From assembly GCA_043807135.1 (NCBI GenBank), contig JAZDGF010000003.1, forward strand, positions 8,516 through 72,515: a DNA stretch of 64,000 bases. The letters run 5' to 3'. The position numbers and the translations under genes were made by a program. The notes under the pieces are model-generated. The model was given only the letters and a program-made list of their open reading frames with translations, was not told where the DNA came from and ran no database searches. Positions 9,435 to 19,735 of this stretch are shown here, piece after piece. Each line of letters starts with the position of its first letter. Positions within the stretch are counted from its first letter, which is position 1. Source of the DNA: Candidatus Levyibacteriota bacterium. Its GTDB lineage: Bacteria; Patescibacteriota; Microgenomatia; Levybacterales; UBA12049.

Positions 9435-11009
9435 TTATTTTTCTTCGTAGTGTTTTAGCTTGAAAACTTTAACAACTGAAACATCCCAACTGCCTATTAT
9501 TTCTGCCCTTCCAAAACCGGCAATCTCCCATAAAGAATTTCCTAAAGGATAACACGGAAAACTTTCGCATACGATAAGCAATTGATCGGTGACAGTTTTT
9601 CTTTCAGGATCTTTTTGAGGATCTTGGATTGCAACAGACGGACTTCCCCAAATTGTAAAGAAATAACGGTATGCATGATCTGAATTCCCACCCGTCATAA
9701 GTGCAAAGTTAAAGGGTTTTCCTTCTGCTTTTTCATAAATAAATTCAGAAATTTTCCTAACTTGTTCAAGCTGCCTGTTTGGCTGATATCTAAAAGGAAT
9801 TCCTTGAATATTTATAAGAAAGAGTGCTGTTGTTAAAATTATTGCAAGAAATATTCCTTTTGGAATTCTTTTAGACAAAAAGGAAATTGTTAGAGCAGAA
9901 AGAATAAATGGAAGTGGAAACATAAAACCAAAGTAATAATCATAAATTGATTTTTTGTAAAATCCAAACAGCATAACACCAAAAAACAACCAGGTAAAGA
10001 AAAGTAGATATTTTGCAAAATCTTCTTTTTTACTAAATGACTGCCAAAATTTAAATAAAAGAATAGTTATGCTTAAGAACGCAAGAATGCTAATAGATAT
10101 TTCCCATGTAGAAATAAGTGATCTGTTAATACTAGATATCTGATCAGGCGAAGGAAAAGCAAAAACAAGACGAGCAAAAAGCCTAAATAATACCTCTTGT
10201 ATAGTGGCAAAAAAATTAATATTACCCCCTGTTTCTCCTGAGTGAAAAATAAAATTAAAAATACTTGTAATGTTTGGAAAGCCATGCCTAACTTCAAACG
10301 CTAAAAACGGAGACCACCCAATTAAAAACCCAATGAAAAGCAAAATAAATTGAGTAAAAGTTTTATAAACAGAACTTGATTTTTCTTTTATTAAAAAGGC
10401 GTTTGCAAAAAAAACATAAAAGAAAACAATAACTCCCAGAAAAATTGTTAGATAATGAAGCTGTATAGAAATGCCAAGCAAAAATCCGCAAAAAATAAAA
10501 AGTTTTTTTCTGTTACTTAAAACTGCTTTGTAAAGAAAGTATAATGTTAACAACGAAAAAAACGGCAAAGGATTTGGGTTCCAAGAAGAGCGCGAATAAG
10601 CAACAACTAGTGGAGAGCTTGCGTAAAGAAGAGAAGCGATCACTCCTGCTCTTTTTCCAAAAAATTCATTAGTAACCTTGTATACCAGAAAAACCGTAGC
10701 AATTCCAAACAAAGCAACCATTACTGAAGGACCAACCGGACTATAATTAAAAAGCAATGTGAAAATTGCCATAAAATAGTAATAGATAGGCCCTAGGAAA
10801 AAACCACCTACAGATGCTGTTGGACCAAGCAAAGTAAGTTTTCCATGCAAAATATTATAAATTACTAAAGCATCTCTTCCTTCATCTCCTAAAAACGTCA
10901 TATAGTCTGCAATTTTATAAAGCCTTAAAAATGCAGAAAGCATGAGAATTGAAATAATTGGCCAATTTTTTTTAATAAATGACTTCATATTTAAGAAATT
11001 AAATTTCAT
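9435..11009 (-). CDS. GT-C family 39 (PMT/ArnT-like) polyprenol-phosphate-sugar-dependent glycosyltransferase
   Basis: 524 aa polytopic membrane protein. N-terminal RLYKIADYMTFLGDEGRDALVIYNIL...YSRSSWNPN motif region is typical of GT39/PMT_2. Confidence 0.7.
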   Translation of the reverse strand: MKFNFLNMKSFIKKNWPIISILMLSAFLRLYKIADYMTFLGDEGRDALVIYNILHGKLTLLGPTASVGGFFLGPIYYYFMAIFTLLFNYSPVGPSVMVALFGIATVFLVYKVTNEFFGKRAGVIASLLYASSPLVVAYSRSSWNPNPLPFFSLLTLYFLYKAVLSNRKKLFIFCGFLLGISIQLHYLTIFLGVIVFFYVFFANAFLIKEKSSSVYKTFTQFILLFIGFLIGWSPFLAFEVRHGFPNITSIFNFIFHSGETGGNINFFATIQEVLFRLFARLVFAFPSPDQISSINRSLISTWEISISILAFLSITILLFKFWQSFSKKEDFAKYLLFFTWLFFGVMLFGFYKKSIYDYYFGFMFPLPFILSALTISFLSKRIPKGIFLAIILTTALFLINIQGIPFRYQPNRQLEQVRKISEFIYEKAEGKPFNFALMTGGNSDHAYRYFFTIWGSPSVAIQDPQKDPERKTVTDQLLIVCESFPCYPLGNSLWEIAGFGRAEIIGSWDVSVVKVFKLKHYEEK

Positions 11010-12139
11010 TTATGAGGTTTTTTTCTCCAGATGACAAACCTGTACATGGAAAAATTCCAAACTAAAAGAATTGCCGTTCCGACTAGAAAATACAGAAAAT
11101 AATATTTTCTTCCAAAAAAGATTTCACCAAGATAAATTGTTCCGGTTTGAAGAAAAATTACTCCTGTTGCAGAGGTAGCATAAAAACTCAAAAGTTTCCA
11201 TAAATACTTGCTTATCTCCGTAACTCTTTCTTTATTAAAAGTCCATAAATTATTTAAATTAAAATTTGAAAAAATTGCAACAACCGCACCAGCTAAATTT
11301 GAAATTGTCGGTGAAATATGCATTCCCTCCACCATAGTTTTTAAAATTACCGCTTGTAAAATAAATCCGATTCCTCCAACAACTAAAAATTTTCCAAATG
11401 ATCCGTAAATAATTTCATTAATTTTTGTACTAAAAATATATTTTAAAAGATCGACAATGTACTCACTTGCGACAATCTTTGATTTTCCTAAAGTCCTATC
11501 AGTAAATGCAATCGGAACTTCCGCAATTTTAAAACCGTCTCTAGCTGTTTTATGCAAAAAAGAAACCTGAAAAGTGTAACCTCTAAAAGCAGTTAATTCA
11601 TCTTTTTCCTTAAGAAAAACTTCTTTTCTAATTGCTCTAAATCCACCTGTCCAATCATGAATTGAAAATTTCATTAAAACACATCTTACGATTAAATTGC
11701 CTAAAACAGAAAAAGCTTTTCTGTGCAAACCCCAATTTGAAGGAATTGAACCTCCATCGCTATATCTTGTTCCGATTACAAAATCATAACCTTCATCAAT
11801 TTTTTTAAGAAAATCAGGAATTTTTTTTGGATTATGGGAAAGGTCTGCATCCATTTCAAACATGATTTCTGCTCCCATTTTTTCCACTGCGTAAGTCATA
11901 GCTCTTACGTATGCTGCTCCCAAACCATATTTTTCTCCTTGGATAAGATCTAAATTCTTGTATTTTTTCATTAATTTCTTAACATCTTCTGCGGTTTGAT
12001 CAGGAGAATTATCATCTGCAATTAAGATATTCATATCATGGTTTTTAATTTGGGGGAATATTTCTTCTTCTAGAATAGGAATTAGACGATCAATGTTGCC
12101 TTTTTCATTATATGTCGGGATAATTATTACTATTTTCAT
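11006..12139 (-). CDS. GT2 polyprenol-phosphate sugar synthase (Dpm1/ArnC-like) fused to a C-terminal GtrA-like membrane domain
   Basis: IIIPTYNEKGNI...LIADDNSPDQT...EMDADLSH (GT2 DXD). C-terminal ~120 aa with 4 TM helices is GtrA-like. 4-nt overlap with the GT39 gene. Confidence 0.75.
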   Translation of the reverse strand: MKIVIIIPTYNEKGNIDRLIPILEEEIFPQIKNHDMNILIADDNSPDQTAEDVKKLMKKYKNLDLIQGEKYGLGAAYVRAMTYAVEKMGAEIMFEMDADLSHNPKKIPDFLKKIDEGYDFVIGTRYSDGGSIPSNWGLHRKAFSVLGNLIVRCVLMKFSIHDWTGGFRAIRKEVFLKEKDELTAFRGYTFQVSFLHKTARDGFKIAEVPIAFTDRTLGKSKIVASEYIVDLLKYIFSTKINEIIYGSFGKFLVVGGIGFILQAVILKTMVEGMHISPTISNLAGAVVAIFSNFNLNNLWTFNKERVTEISKYLWKLLSFYATSATGVIFLQTGTIYLGEIFFGRKYYFLYFLVGTAILLVWNFSMYRFVIWRKKPHK

Positions 12140-13086
12140 AAGCTCTTAAAATATTGTATTGTTTTTTCCAGTCCTTTTTCAACACTGACTTTTGGTTTCC
12201 AACCTAAAATGTTTTCTGCCTTAACTATGTCAGGATTTCTTCTCATCGGATCATCTTCCGGAAGCTTTTCAAACGTGATTTCTGATTTAGAATTTGTCAT
12301 TTTTTTAATTAGTTTTGCTAAATCAAGAATAGTCCGTTCATCAGGATTTCCGATATTTATTACTTCTCCTTCTGACGCATTAGAAAACATCGCTTTTATT
12401 AAACCTTCAACCATATCGTCAACATAACAAAAACTTCTAGTCTGATTACCTTTTCCATAAACCGTAATAGGACTGTTAGAAATTGCTTGGTTAATAAAAT
12501 TGGAAACCACTCTTCCGTCGTCTATCTGCATTTTTGGACCATAAGTATTAAAAATTCTAATAATTACCGTTTTTACATTGTGTTTTCTAAAAAATACCAT
12601 GGTCATTGCCTCTCCAAATCTTTTTCCTTCGTCATAAACAGATCTTACTCCGTTTGGACTTACATTTCCGAAATAACTTTCAGGTTGAGGAGAAATTGTA
12701 GGATTACCGTAAACTTCAGAAGACGAGGTATATAGAAATTTTGCAGAATTTTTTTTAGCAAGCTCGAGTAAATTTTTTGTCCCTAAAGAGTTTGCCATAA
12801 GAGTTTCTATTGGATAATTAATAAAACTCTTGGGACTTTTTTTATTAGGGGAAGCAGGTGATGCAAGGTGGAAAACAAAATCTACTCTTTGATCAACTTC
12901 AAAAGATTTTGTAACATCATGTTCAATCAGCTTAAAGTTTTGATTATTTAAAAGAAGCTCGATGTTTTTTTTGTTTCCGGTTATAAAATTATCAACACAT
13001 AAAACTGTATAGTTTTTGTCAATAAGTTGTTGAGATAAATGTGAGCCAATAAATCCTGCTCCTCCGGCAATTAAAACGGTCTGCAT
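12136..13086 (-). CDS. UDP-glucuronate decarboxylase (UDP-xylose synthase)
   Basis: LIAGGAGFIGSHL...DNFITGNKKNIE...HLASPASP...YTSSSEVYGNP closely follows UXS family signatures. Confidence 0.75.
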   Translation of the reverse strand: MQTVLIAGGAGFIGSHLSQQLIDKNYTVLCVDNFITGNKKNIELLLNNQNFKLIEHDVTKSFEVDQRVDFVFHLASPASPNKKSPKSFINYPIETLMANSLGTKNLLELAKKNSAKFLYTSSSEVYGNPTISPQPESYFGNVSPNGVRSVYDEGKRFGEAMTMVFFRKHNVKTVIIRIFNTYGPKMQIDDGRVVSNFINQAISNSPITVYGKGNQTRSFCYVDDMVEGLIKAMFSNASEGEVINIGNPDERTILDLAKLIKKMTNSKSEITFEKLPEDDPMRRNPDIVKAENILGWKPKVSVEKGLEKTIQYFKSL

Positions 13087-13089
13087 AAA

Positions 13090-14058
13090 TTATCTATTTT
13101 TTTCAAGCTCGAGGTCAGCCTTAACCATCATTTTCACTAATTCTTTAAAGCTTGTCTTCGGTTCCCATCCTAATTCTTTTTTTGCCTTGCCATAATCTCC
13201 TATTAAATAATCTACTTCCGCAGGCCTCATATGATGAGGGCTATCTGAAATAACGTGTTTTTCCCAATCTTTTATTCCTACTATTTCAAAAGCTGCTTCA
13301 ACAAACTCTTTGACAGAATGGTTTTCTCCTGTTGCAATTACAAAATCTTCAGGCTTTTTATGGTTAAGCATCAGCCACATTGCTTCAACATAATCTCCTG
13401 CAAAACCCCAATCTCTTTTTGGCACAAGATTTCCAAGCTCTAGCTTACTTTGTTTTCCCAAATAAATTCTTGCAACCGCATGGCTTATTTTCCTGGTAAC
13501 AAACTCAAGACCTCTTCTTGGAGATTCATGATTAAAAAGGATTCCTGAACAGGCAAAGATATCATAGCTTTCCCTGTAATTTAAAGTTATATAATGACCG
13601 TATACTTTTGCAACTCCATAAGGACTTCTGGGATGAAATTTGGTTTTTTCTTTTTGTGGAGTTTCGGTTACTTTTCCAAACATTTCAGAAGAAGATGCCT
13701 GATAAAACTTTATTTTAGGATTTACTGCTTTTATTGCTTCAAGCATTCTTGTAACCCCAAGCGCTGTAAACTCTCCTGTTAAAACAGGCTGATTCCAAGA
13801 AGTTTTTACAAAAGATTGAGCGGCAAGATTGTAAACCTCATCCGGTTCTGATTTTAAGATTGCTTCCGAAAGAGAACTTTGATCCAAAAGATCTCCTTGA
13901 AGTAATTCTATTTGCTCTTGAATATGGGCAATTCTCTCATTATTTACCGTACTAGTTCTTCTAGTTAGTCCATATATTTTATAGCCTTTTTTAAGTAAAA
14001 ATTCGGCAAGATACGATCCGTCTTGCCCTGTAATACCAGTAATTAATGCTCTTTTCAT
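13090..14058 (-). CDS. gmd: GDP-mannose 4,6-dehydratase
   Basis: [36 protein letters not shown], and SSEMFG / ESPRRG motifs. Confidence 0.85.
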   Translation of the reverse strand: MKRALITGITGQDGSYLAEFLLKKGYKIYGLTRRTSTVNNERIAHIQEQIELLQGDLLDQSSLSEAILKSEPDEVYNLAAQSFVKTSWNQPVLTGEFTALGVTRMLEAIKAVNPKIKFYQASSSEMFGKVTETPQKEKTKFHPRSPYGVAKVYGHYITLNYRESYDIFACSGILFNHESPRRGLEFVTRKISHAVARIYLGKQSKLELGNLVPKRDWGFAGDYVEAMWLMLNHKKPEDFVIATGENHSVKEFVEAAFEIVGIKDWEKHVISDSPHHMRPAEVDYLIGDYGKAKKELGWEPKTSFKELVKMMVKADLELEKNR

Positions 14059-14068
14059 TAGTATTATT

Positions 14069-15028
14069 CTAAATTATATTCCTCCAATAGTCCAGAGTAT
14101 CCTTCAGAGTTTTCTCAACAGGAATTTCCGGTTTCCAACCAGTAAGTTTTTTTAATTTTGTTGAGTTACAAACAAGCTCTGGTATATCTGCAGGCCTAAG
14201 TAGCTTTTTATCAACCTCAACTTTAATTTTTGATGAAGAAAGAGACAGTAAAATTTCTAAGATTTTAGAAATTTTATACGATACTCCTGAACCAATGTTA
14301 TAAACTTCCCCAGGAATTCCTTTTTCAATTAAAAGGATATATGCTCTTACGACATCTCTTACGTCTGTAAAATCTCTTTTTGCTTCCAAGTTTCCAACAT
14401 TTACAATTGACTCTCTTTTTCCCTTTTCAATTTCTGCAATTTTTTTGGCAAAGTCAGGAACTACAAAGCCTTCTGATTGTCTTGGCCCAATATGATTAAA
14501 AGGTCTTACTCTTATTATTGGAATTTTGTAGGATAAATAATATTGTAGTCCTAAAAAATCTTGAGCAATTTTAGATACTGAATAAGGACTTGTTGGCTTA
14601 AGAGGAGCATCTTCGCTTATTGGTAAGTCTTTTTTTTCAACGAGTCCATAAATCTCTGCTGATGAAACTATTAAAATTTTAGTGTTAAATAGTTTTTTTT
14701 CTCTTATACTCTCAAGTATATTTAACTCAGATGAGACATTATTTACAATTGTCTCTAAAGGATTTTTAAAACTCTGCGCAGGAGAGGTAGAAGCAGCAAG
14801 GTGAAAAATAATGTCAGGCTTTATATCCTTTATTAAAGCTTGCGTATCTTTTTTAGAATTTAAATCTAGTTTTTTAAATGAAACCTCATTTTTTAAACTG
14901 CTTAATCTTTTAAGACTCCCGTCTGTAAGATATGTTCCAAAAATTTGATATTTTTTAAAAGAAGCAAGATATTTAAGTAGATAAGATCCTACAAATCCTG
15001 TTGAACCTGTTACAATGATTTTTTTCAT
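14069..15028 (-). CDS. NAD-dependent sugar-nucleotide epimerase/reductase; possible GDP-4-keto-6-deoxymannose reductase partner of Gmd
   Basis: Short-chain dehydrogenase/reductase (SDR) family extended fold ([21 protein letters not shown]). The substrate assignment is inferred only from adjacency to gmd. Confidence 0.5.
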   Translation of the reverse strand: MKKIIVTGSTGFVGSYLLKYLASFKKYQIFGTYLTDGSLKRLSSLKNEVSFKKLDLNSKKDTQALIKDIKPDIIFHLAASTSPAQSFKNPLETIVNNVSSELNILESIREKKLFNTKILIVSSAEIYGLVEKKDLPISEDAPLKPTSPYSVSKIAQDFLGLQYYLSYKIPIIRVRPFNHIGPRQSEGFVVPDFAKKIAEIEKGKRESIVNVGNLEAKRDFTDVRDVVRAYILLIEKGIPGEVYNIGSGVSYKISKILEILLSLSSSKIKVEVDKKLLRPADIPELVCNSTKLKKLTGWKPEIPVEKTLKDTLDYWRNII

Positions 15029-16314
15029 CTGCCAACCCCTACATATGCAAAACCTAATGCTTTTAATTTATCAGGGTCGTAGATATTTCTTCCATCAATA
15101 ATTGTTGGAGTTTTCATAACACTTTTTAGCTTTTTAAAATCAACTTCTTTAAACTCATTCCATTCTGTAATTATAATTAAAGCTTCTGTGTTCACTGCAG
15201 TATCATAGATATCTGTTGCATATTCAATATCTTTAATTATCTTTTTTGCATTTTCCATTGCTTGAGGATCATAAGCTTTAATTTTAGCACCGTCCTTTTT
15301 CATTAACTCGATAATATCTATTGCAGGCGCATCTCTCATGTCATCTGTATTTGGCTTAAAGGAAAGACCAAGTACTCCAATTTTTTTACCCCTTAAATCA
15401 CCTACTGTTTTTCTTACTTTTCTAACAATATCTCTTTTTGCTTGTTCATTTACCCTTTCTACATTTTCAAGTAGGGAAAATGAATAATCGTAATCTTTTG
15501 CAATTGCAATAAGTGCTTTTACGTCTTTTGGAAAACAGCTACCGCCGTAACCCGGTCCCGGAGAAAGAAATTCCTTGCCAATTCTTTTATCAATACCAAT
15601 TCCTTCTAAGACTTTTAATCCGTCAGCTCCTAATAATTCTGAAAGTTTTGCGATTGCATTTGCAAAGGAAATTTTTGTTGCAAGGAAAGAATTAGAGGTA
15701 TATTTAATAAGTTCAGACGTTTCTAAGTTTGTTAATACAAACTTGCCATCAACTGGTCTATGAAGTTCCATAAGTTCTTTTTCTGCTTTTTTATTTTCAG
15801 ATCCAATTACAATTCTATCAGGGCTTAAAGTGTCTGAAATGGCAGTTCCTTCTCTTAGAAATTCAGGACATGAAGCAATATCGAATTCTACTCCATCTTT
15901 TTTAGATGCTTTAATAAGCTCATAGATTTTTTTACAAGTTCCAGGAGGAACTGTACTTTTTATAGCAACTACTGTATATCCACTTAGATGTTTTGCGATT
16001 TTTTCTGAAACATCAAATACTGAAGAAAGCTGGGCATCACCTGTTTTATGCGGAGGCGTTCCAACAGCGATAAATACAATATCTGATTCAGGAATTGCCT
16101 GATTATAATCAAGCGTAAATAAAAGTCTTTTTGCATCTAGATTTTTTTTAACAAGTTCCACAAGGCCCGGTTCATAAAACGGCGTTATGCCTTTTTTCAA
16201 GTCTTCTATTTTTTTTGCAGTATGTCCAATTACCCAAACTTTATTGCCTAAATCAGCAAAAACCGCAGCAGTAACCAAACCAACATATCCATGTCCAATA
16301 AATGTAATTGTCAT
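15025..16314 (-). CDS. ugd: UDP-glucose 6-dehydrogenase
   Basis: ITFIGHGYVGLVTAAVFADLGNKV, catalytic GGSCFPKD, C-terminal UDPG-dehydrogenase domain. Confidence 0.85.
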   Translation of the reverse strand: MTITFIGHGYVGLVTAAVFADLGNKVWVIGHTAKKIEDLKKGITPFYEPGLVELVKKNLDAKRLLFTLDYNQAIPESDIVFIAVGTPPHKTGDAQLSSVFDVSEKIAKHLSGYTVVAIKSTVPPGTCKKIYELIKASKKDGVEFDIASCPEFLREGTAISDTLSPDRIVIGSENKKAEKELMELHRPVDGKFVLTNLETSELIKYTSNSFLATKISFANAIAKLSELLGADGLKVLEGIGIDKRIGKEFLSPGPGYGGSCFPKDVKALIAIAKDYDYSFSLLENVERVNEQAKRDIVRKVRKTVGDLRGKKIGVLGLSFKPNTDDMRDAPAIDIIELMKKDGAKIKAYDPQAMENAKKIIKDIEYATDIYDTAVNTEALIIITEWNEFKEVDFKKLKSVMKTPTIIDGRNIYDPDKLKALGFAYVGVGR

Positions 16315-17180
16315 ATTTGTTTCTTTATTATACCCAAAGCTTCTGTAAAAGAGTGCATTTTAACACCCAGCTTTACTATTTTATCATTATTTAGCGATAA
16401 ATTGTATGCCCTAGGTGCACGATTCTTAAAAAACTCTTCTCTTGAAAGCTTGCTAATAAGATCTTTATTAAGTCCAAAAACTTCTGCAACTTTTATTGCA
16501 GTCGTATATGGACTTACTGCTTCAGATCCTGTTGCATGAAACTTACCAATTGCTTTCCTTTCTATTAAGTTTTTTAAAACTAAGGATAAATCATCAATAA
16601 ATGTTGGAGTAAAATAATGATCTGGAACAGCTTTAATTTGCTGTCCTTTTTCTAAAAGATACTTAAAAACACGCACATATTCTTTTTTTTCATGATTTGC
16701 TCTAAAAGGATAAGCAATACGAATTATCATCCAGGGAACAGAAGCTTTTTCAACCAGCTTTTCTCCTTCAAATTTTGTTGTCGCATACCAACCAACAGGA
16801 CCTCTTTCATCATTTTCTTTATATTTTTCCGGAAACTCTTTTGTTCCAGGAAAAACCATATCTGTAGATATATATATTATTTTTTTATTTAATTTTTCAC
16901 ATGCTTCTAAAACATTTTTTGTACCATCTACATTAACTTTCCAAGCCAAACTCCTCTCTTTTTTAGCTTTATCCTCCTCTGCTTTATCAACGTCTGTATA
17001 TGCTACCAGGTGTAAAACGATTGAAGCATTTGATTTATTAAGTCTTTCAAAAACAGCCCTAGAATCTAGGATGTCTGTTCCTGTTTTTCTGCTTATGTCT
17101 TCAAATTGATACTTACTTGAAAGAAGTTCAACAATGCGGGATCCAACAAGCCCTGAAAGTCCTGTGCCAATAATTTTCAT
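16311..17180 (-). CDS. rfbD: dTDP-4-dehydrorhamnose reductase family (RmlD-like 4-ketoreductase)
   Basis: MKIIGTGLSGLVGSRI...YTDVDKAE...YISTDMVF. RmlD substrate-binding domain pattern. Confidence 0.7.
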   Translation of the reverse strand: MKIIGTGLSGLVGSRIVELLSSKYQFEDISRKTGTDILDSRAVFERLNKSNASIVLHLVAYTDVDKAEEDKAKKERSLAWKVNVDGTKNVLEACEKLNKKIIYISTDMVFPGTKEFPEKYKENDERGPVGWYATTKFEGEKLVEKASVPWMIIRIAYPFRANHEKKEYVRVFKYLLEKGQQIKAVPDHYFTPTFIDDLSLVLKNLIERKAIGKFHATGSEAVSPYTTAIKVAEVFGLNKDLISKLSREEFFKNRAPRAYNLSLNNDKIVKLGVKMHSFTEALGIIKKQI

Positions 17181-18190
17181 CTTTGTTCGTACTGTTTTTT
17201 GTAGTAATTTTGATATTCACCACTTTTTACTTCCTGCCACCATGCTCTATTGTCTTTGTACCATTTAATCGTTTTTTCAAGCCATTCATCAAAGCTATAC
17301 ATCGGCTTCCATCCTAATTCATTTTTAATTTTTGTCCAATCCACAGCATATCTTCTATCATGCCCTAATCTGTCTTTTACAAACTCCAATTCATTTTCTT
17401 TTTTACCAAGTATTTTTAATATCTTTTTTGCTACAGTTAAATTATCAATGTCTTCAGAAAGACCACCTATGCAATATGTTTCTCCGTTTTTCCCTTTTTT
17501 TAAAATTAAATCAATTGCTCTACAATGATCTTCAACAAAAAGCCAATCCCTAACATAAAGTCCATCTCCGTATATCGGCACTTTTTTATTTTCCAAAAGA
17601 TTAGTTATTGCAAGCGGAATAAGTTTTTCAGGAAATTGATATGTACCAAAATTATTAGAACAATTTGAGATTGTAATCGGTAGATCATAAGTATGATAAT
17701 ACGCTTTAACTAAATGATCAGAACCGGCTTTACTAGCTGAATAAGGACTTCTGGGGCTGTATGGTGTTCGTTCATTAAATTTACTCTTATCATCTAACTC
17801 AAGCTGTCCATAGACTTCGTCTGTAGAAATATGATGAAATTTTTTAATATTATTTCTTAATGCCGCATCTAATAAGATTTGCGTCCCAACAATATTTGTA
17901 AGAATAAATTTTGATGGTTCCTCGATTGATCTATCAACGTGACTTTCAGCTGCAAAGTGAATAACCGTATCTATTTCTTCCATAGCTGAATTTACGGCTC
18001 TAATATCACAAATATCTCCATGAATAAATTTATAGTTTGAGTTATTTTCAACTTCCTTTAAATTTTCTAAATTACCTGCATATGTAAGCTTATCAAAATT
18101 TACAATATAATCCTCTGGATACTTTTTCATCCAATAAAGAATAAAATTAGATCCTATAAAACCTGCTCCTCCTGTTACTAATATTTTCAT
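17177..18190 (-). CDS. rfbB: dTDP-glucose 4,6-dehydratase
   Basis: MKILVTGGAGFIGSNFILYW...HFAAESHVDRSI...YSASKAGSDHLV. Confidence 0.85.
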   Translation of the reverse strand: MKILVTGGAGFIGSNFILYWMKKYPEDYIVNFDKLTYAGNLENLKEVENNSNYKFIHGDICDIRAVNSAMEEIDTVIHFAAESHVDRSIEEPSKFILTNIVGTQILLDAALRNNIKKFHHISTDEVYGQLELDDKSKFNERTPYSPRSPYSASKAGSDHLVKAYYHTYDLPITISNCSNNFGTYQFPEKLIPLAITNLLENKKVPIYGDGLYVRDWLFVEDHCRAIDLILKKGKNGETYCIGGLSEDIDNLTVAKKILKILGKKENELEFVKDRLGHDRRYAVDWTKIKNELGWKPMYSFDEWLEKTIKWYKDNRAWWQEVKSGEYQNYYKKQYEQR

Positions 18191-18729
18191 AATCTTTTTT
18201 GCTTTCTTAATCTATCCAAAGTATAAATCCCAATTATAGTTGCCGCTGTTTTTATTTCACCATTTAAAATTTTTTCCAAAGCTTCATCTATTGTAACCTT
18301 TTTTAATTCAATATTTTCCATATCTTCAGGCCTAGGTTTGTCAAAATCAAGTTCCCTTGCCAGAAAAATGTTTATTGTTGATTTAATTACGCTTGCAGAT
18401 CCCTCAACTCTTGCAATCTCTTCCCACTGTCTTGCAGAAATTCCAGTTTCCTCCAAAAGCTCTCTTTTTGCAGCTTCTAAAGGAGTTTCCTCACCATCAA
18501 CATGTCCTGCAATTGCTTCAATTATTCTTTTGTCAAAAAGTGCCCTGTACTGAGAGATAATATAAATCTCTTTTTTAGATGTTATCGGAAAAATTACGGA
18601 GACAGGTTTTCTCTCAACAATACTTAGTTTTTTTTTGCTTTTATTAGGAAGTTCTATTTCCTGTTCTTTAACTTTAAAATATTTACTTTTATAAACTACG
18701 TCTTCTGAAATAATGTTTATTCCCGTCAT
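18187..18729 (-). CDS. NUDIX hydrolase embedded in the rml operon
   Basis: Nudix box GHVDGEETPLEAAKRELLEETG. 4-nt overlap with rfbB, and its start is immediately adjacent to the rfbA stop. Confidence 0.75.
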   Translation of the reverse strand: MTGINIISEDVVYKSKYFKVKEQEIELPNKSKKKLSIVERKPVSVIFPITSKKEIYIISQYRALFDKRIIEAIAGHVDGEETPLEAAKRELLEETGISARQWEEIARVEGSASVIKSTINIFLARELDFDKPRPEDMENIELKKVTIDEALEKILNGEIKTAATIIGIYTLDRLRKQKRL

Positions 18730-19466
18730 TACAATTCTCCATTTTCTACCTTCTCCGCAACCAATTTATTTGCGTTTAACAATTCGTCATAAGATGTTCC
18801 TGCGTCAATCCACCAATCAATTATCTGACACTCAAGTGTTTCCTCTTTAAGATAACAATTATTTAAGTCTGTTACCTCAAGTTGTCCCCTATCGGACGGC
18901 TTAAGCTTTTTAATAAAATCAAAAACCCTATCATCGTACATATATATTCCAGTTTGAGCAATTGTTGATTTTGGGATTTCCGGTTTTTCTTCAATTGAAA
19001 CTACTTTCCCATCCTTTCTTATCTCAACAACTCCATACTGCTTTGATTCAGTATCTTTTTCTACTCCAAAGACTATCGCACCTTTTTCTTTCTTTTCAAA
19101 CTTCTCAACTGTTGTTTTTAAATCAACATTAAAAATGTTATCGCCTAAAATAACTAGTGTTTTTTCTCCTTTTGCAAATTCCTTGGCAAGAGCTATTCCG
19201 TCTGCAATTCCACCCGTAGCATTTTTCTGAATTGCGTAATATAGCCTTAAATCAAATTCTTCTCCTGCTCCTAAAAGACTTGCAAAATGTCCCGCATGGT
19301 TCGGGGACGTTATAAGCAAAACTTCTTTAATTCCTGCTTTTCTCATTGCTTCAAGCGGATAATAAATCATTGGCTTATTGTAGATTGGAAGTAAATGTTT
19401 ATTAGTGACTAAAGTTAATGGTCTTAATCTAGTTGCAAGACCTCCTGCTAAAATTACACCTTTCAT
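18729..19466 (-). CDS. rfbA: Glucose-1-phosphate thymidylyltransferase (short form)
   Basis: MKGVILAGGLATRLRPLT...NKHLLPIYNKPMIYYPL...AGEEF...KNATGGIADGIALAKEFAKGEKTLVILGDNIF. Confidence 0.8.
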   Translation of the reverse strand: MKGVILAGGLATRLRPLTLVTNKHLLPIYNKPMIYYPLEAMRKAGIKEVLLITSPNHAGHFASLLGAGEEFDLRLYYAIQKNATGGIADGIALAKEFAKGEKTLVILGDNIFNVDLKTTVEKFEKKEKGAIVFGVEKDTESKQYGVVEIRKDGKVVSIEEKPEIPKSTIAQTGIYMYDDRVFDFIKKLKPSDRGQLEVTDLNNCYLKEETLECQIIDWWIDAGTSYDELLNANKLVAEKVENGEL

Positions 19467-19735
19467 AATCCAAATCCTCCTTTAAACAAAAATAATATTA
19501 TGCTCATGCCAAGAGCCCCAACAAGTGTATATTCTATCACAATCTTTGATGTTAAGTCATGATTTAACAAATGATGTACAATTCCCCAAAAAACATAAAA
19601 TATTGCAATTATTATAAAAATAGACATTTGAAGTTGTCTATCAGGAGAGACCAGCATAATTAAATAAAAAGCAAAAGTTAAAATTGCAATTAGTGAAATA
19701 TAGTATCCGATATGTTTTCTAAGCTTAACAAACAT
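19463..19735 (-). CDS. Small integral membrane protein (3 TM), hypothetical
   Basis: 90 aa, hydrophobic throughout. Coupled by 4-nt overlap to rfbA downstream and 1-nt overlap to the CAP-domain gene upstream. Confidence 0.4.
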   Translation of the reverse strand: MFVKLRKHIGYYISLIAILTFAFYLIMLVSPDRQLQMSIFIIIAIFYVFWGIVHHLLNHDLTSKIVIEYTLVGALGMSIILFLFKGGFGL

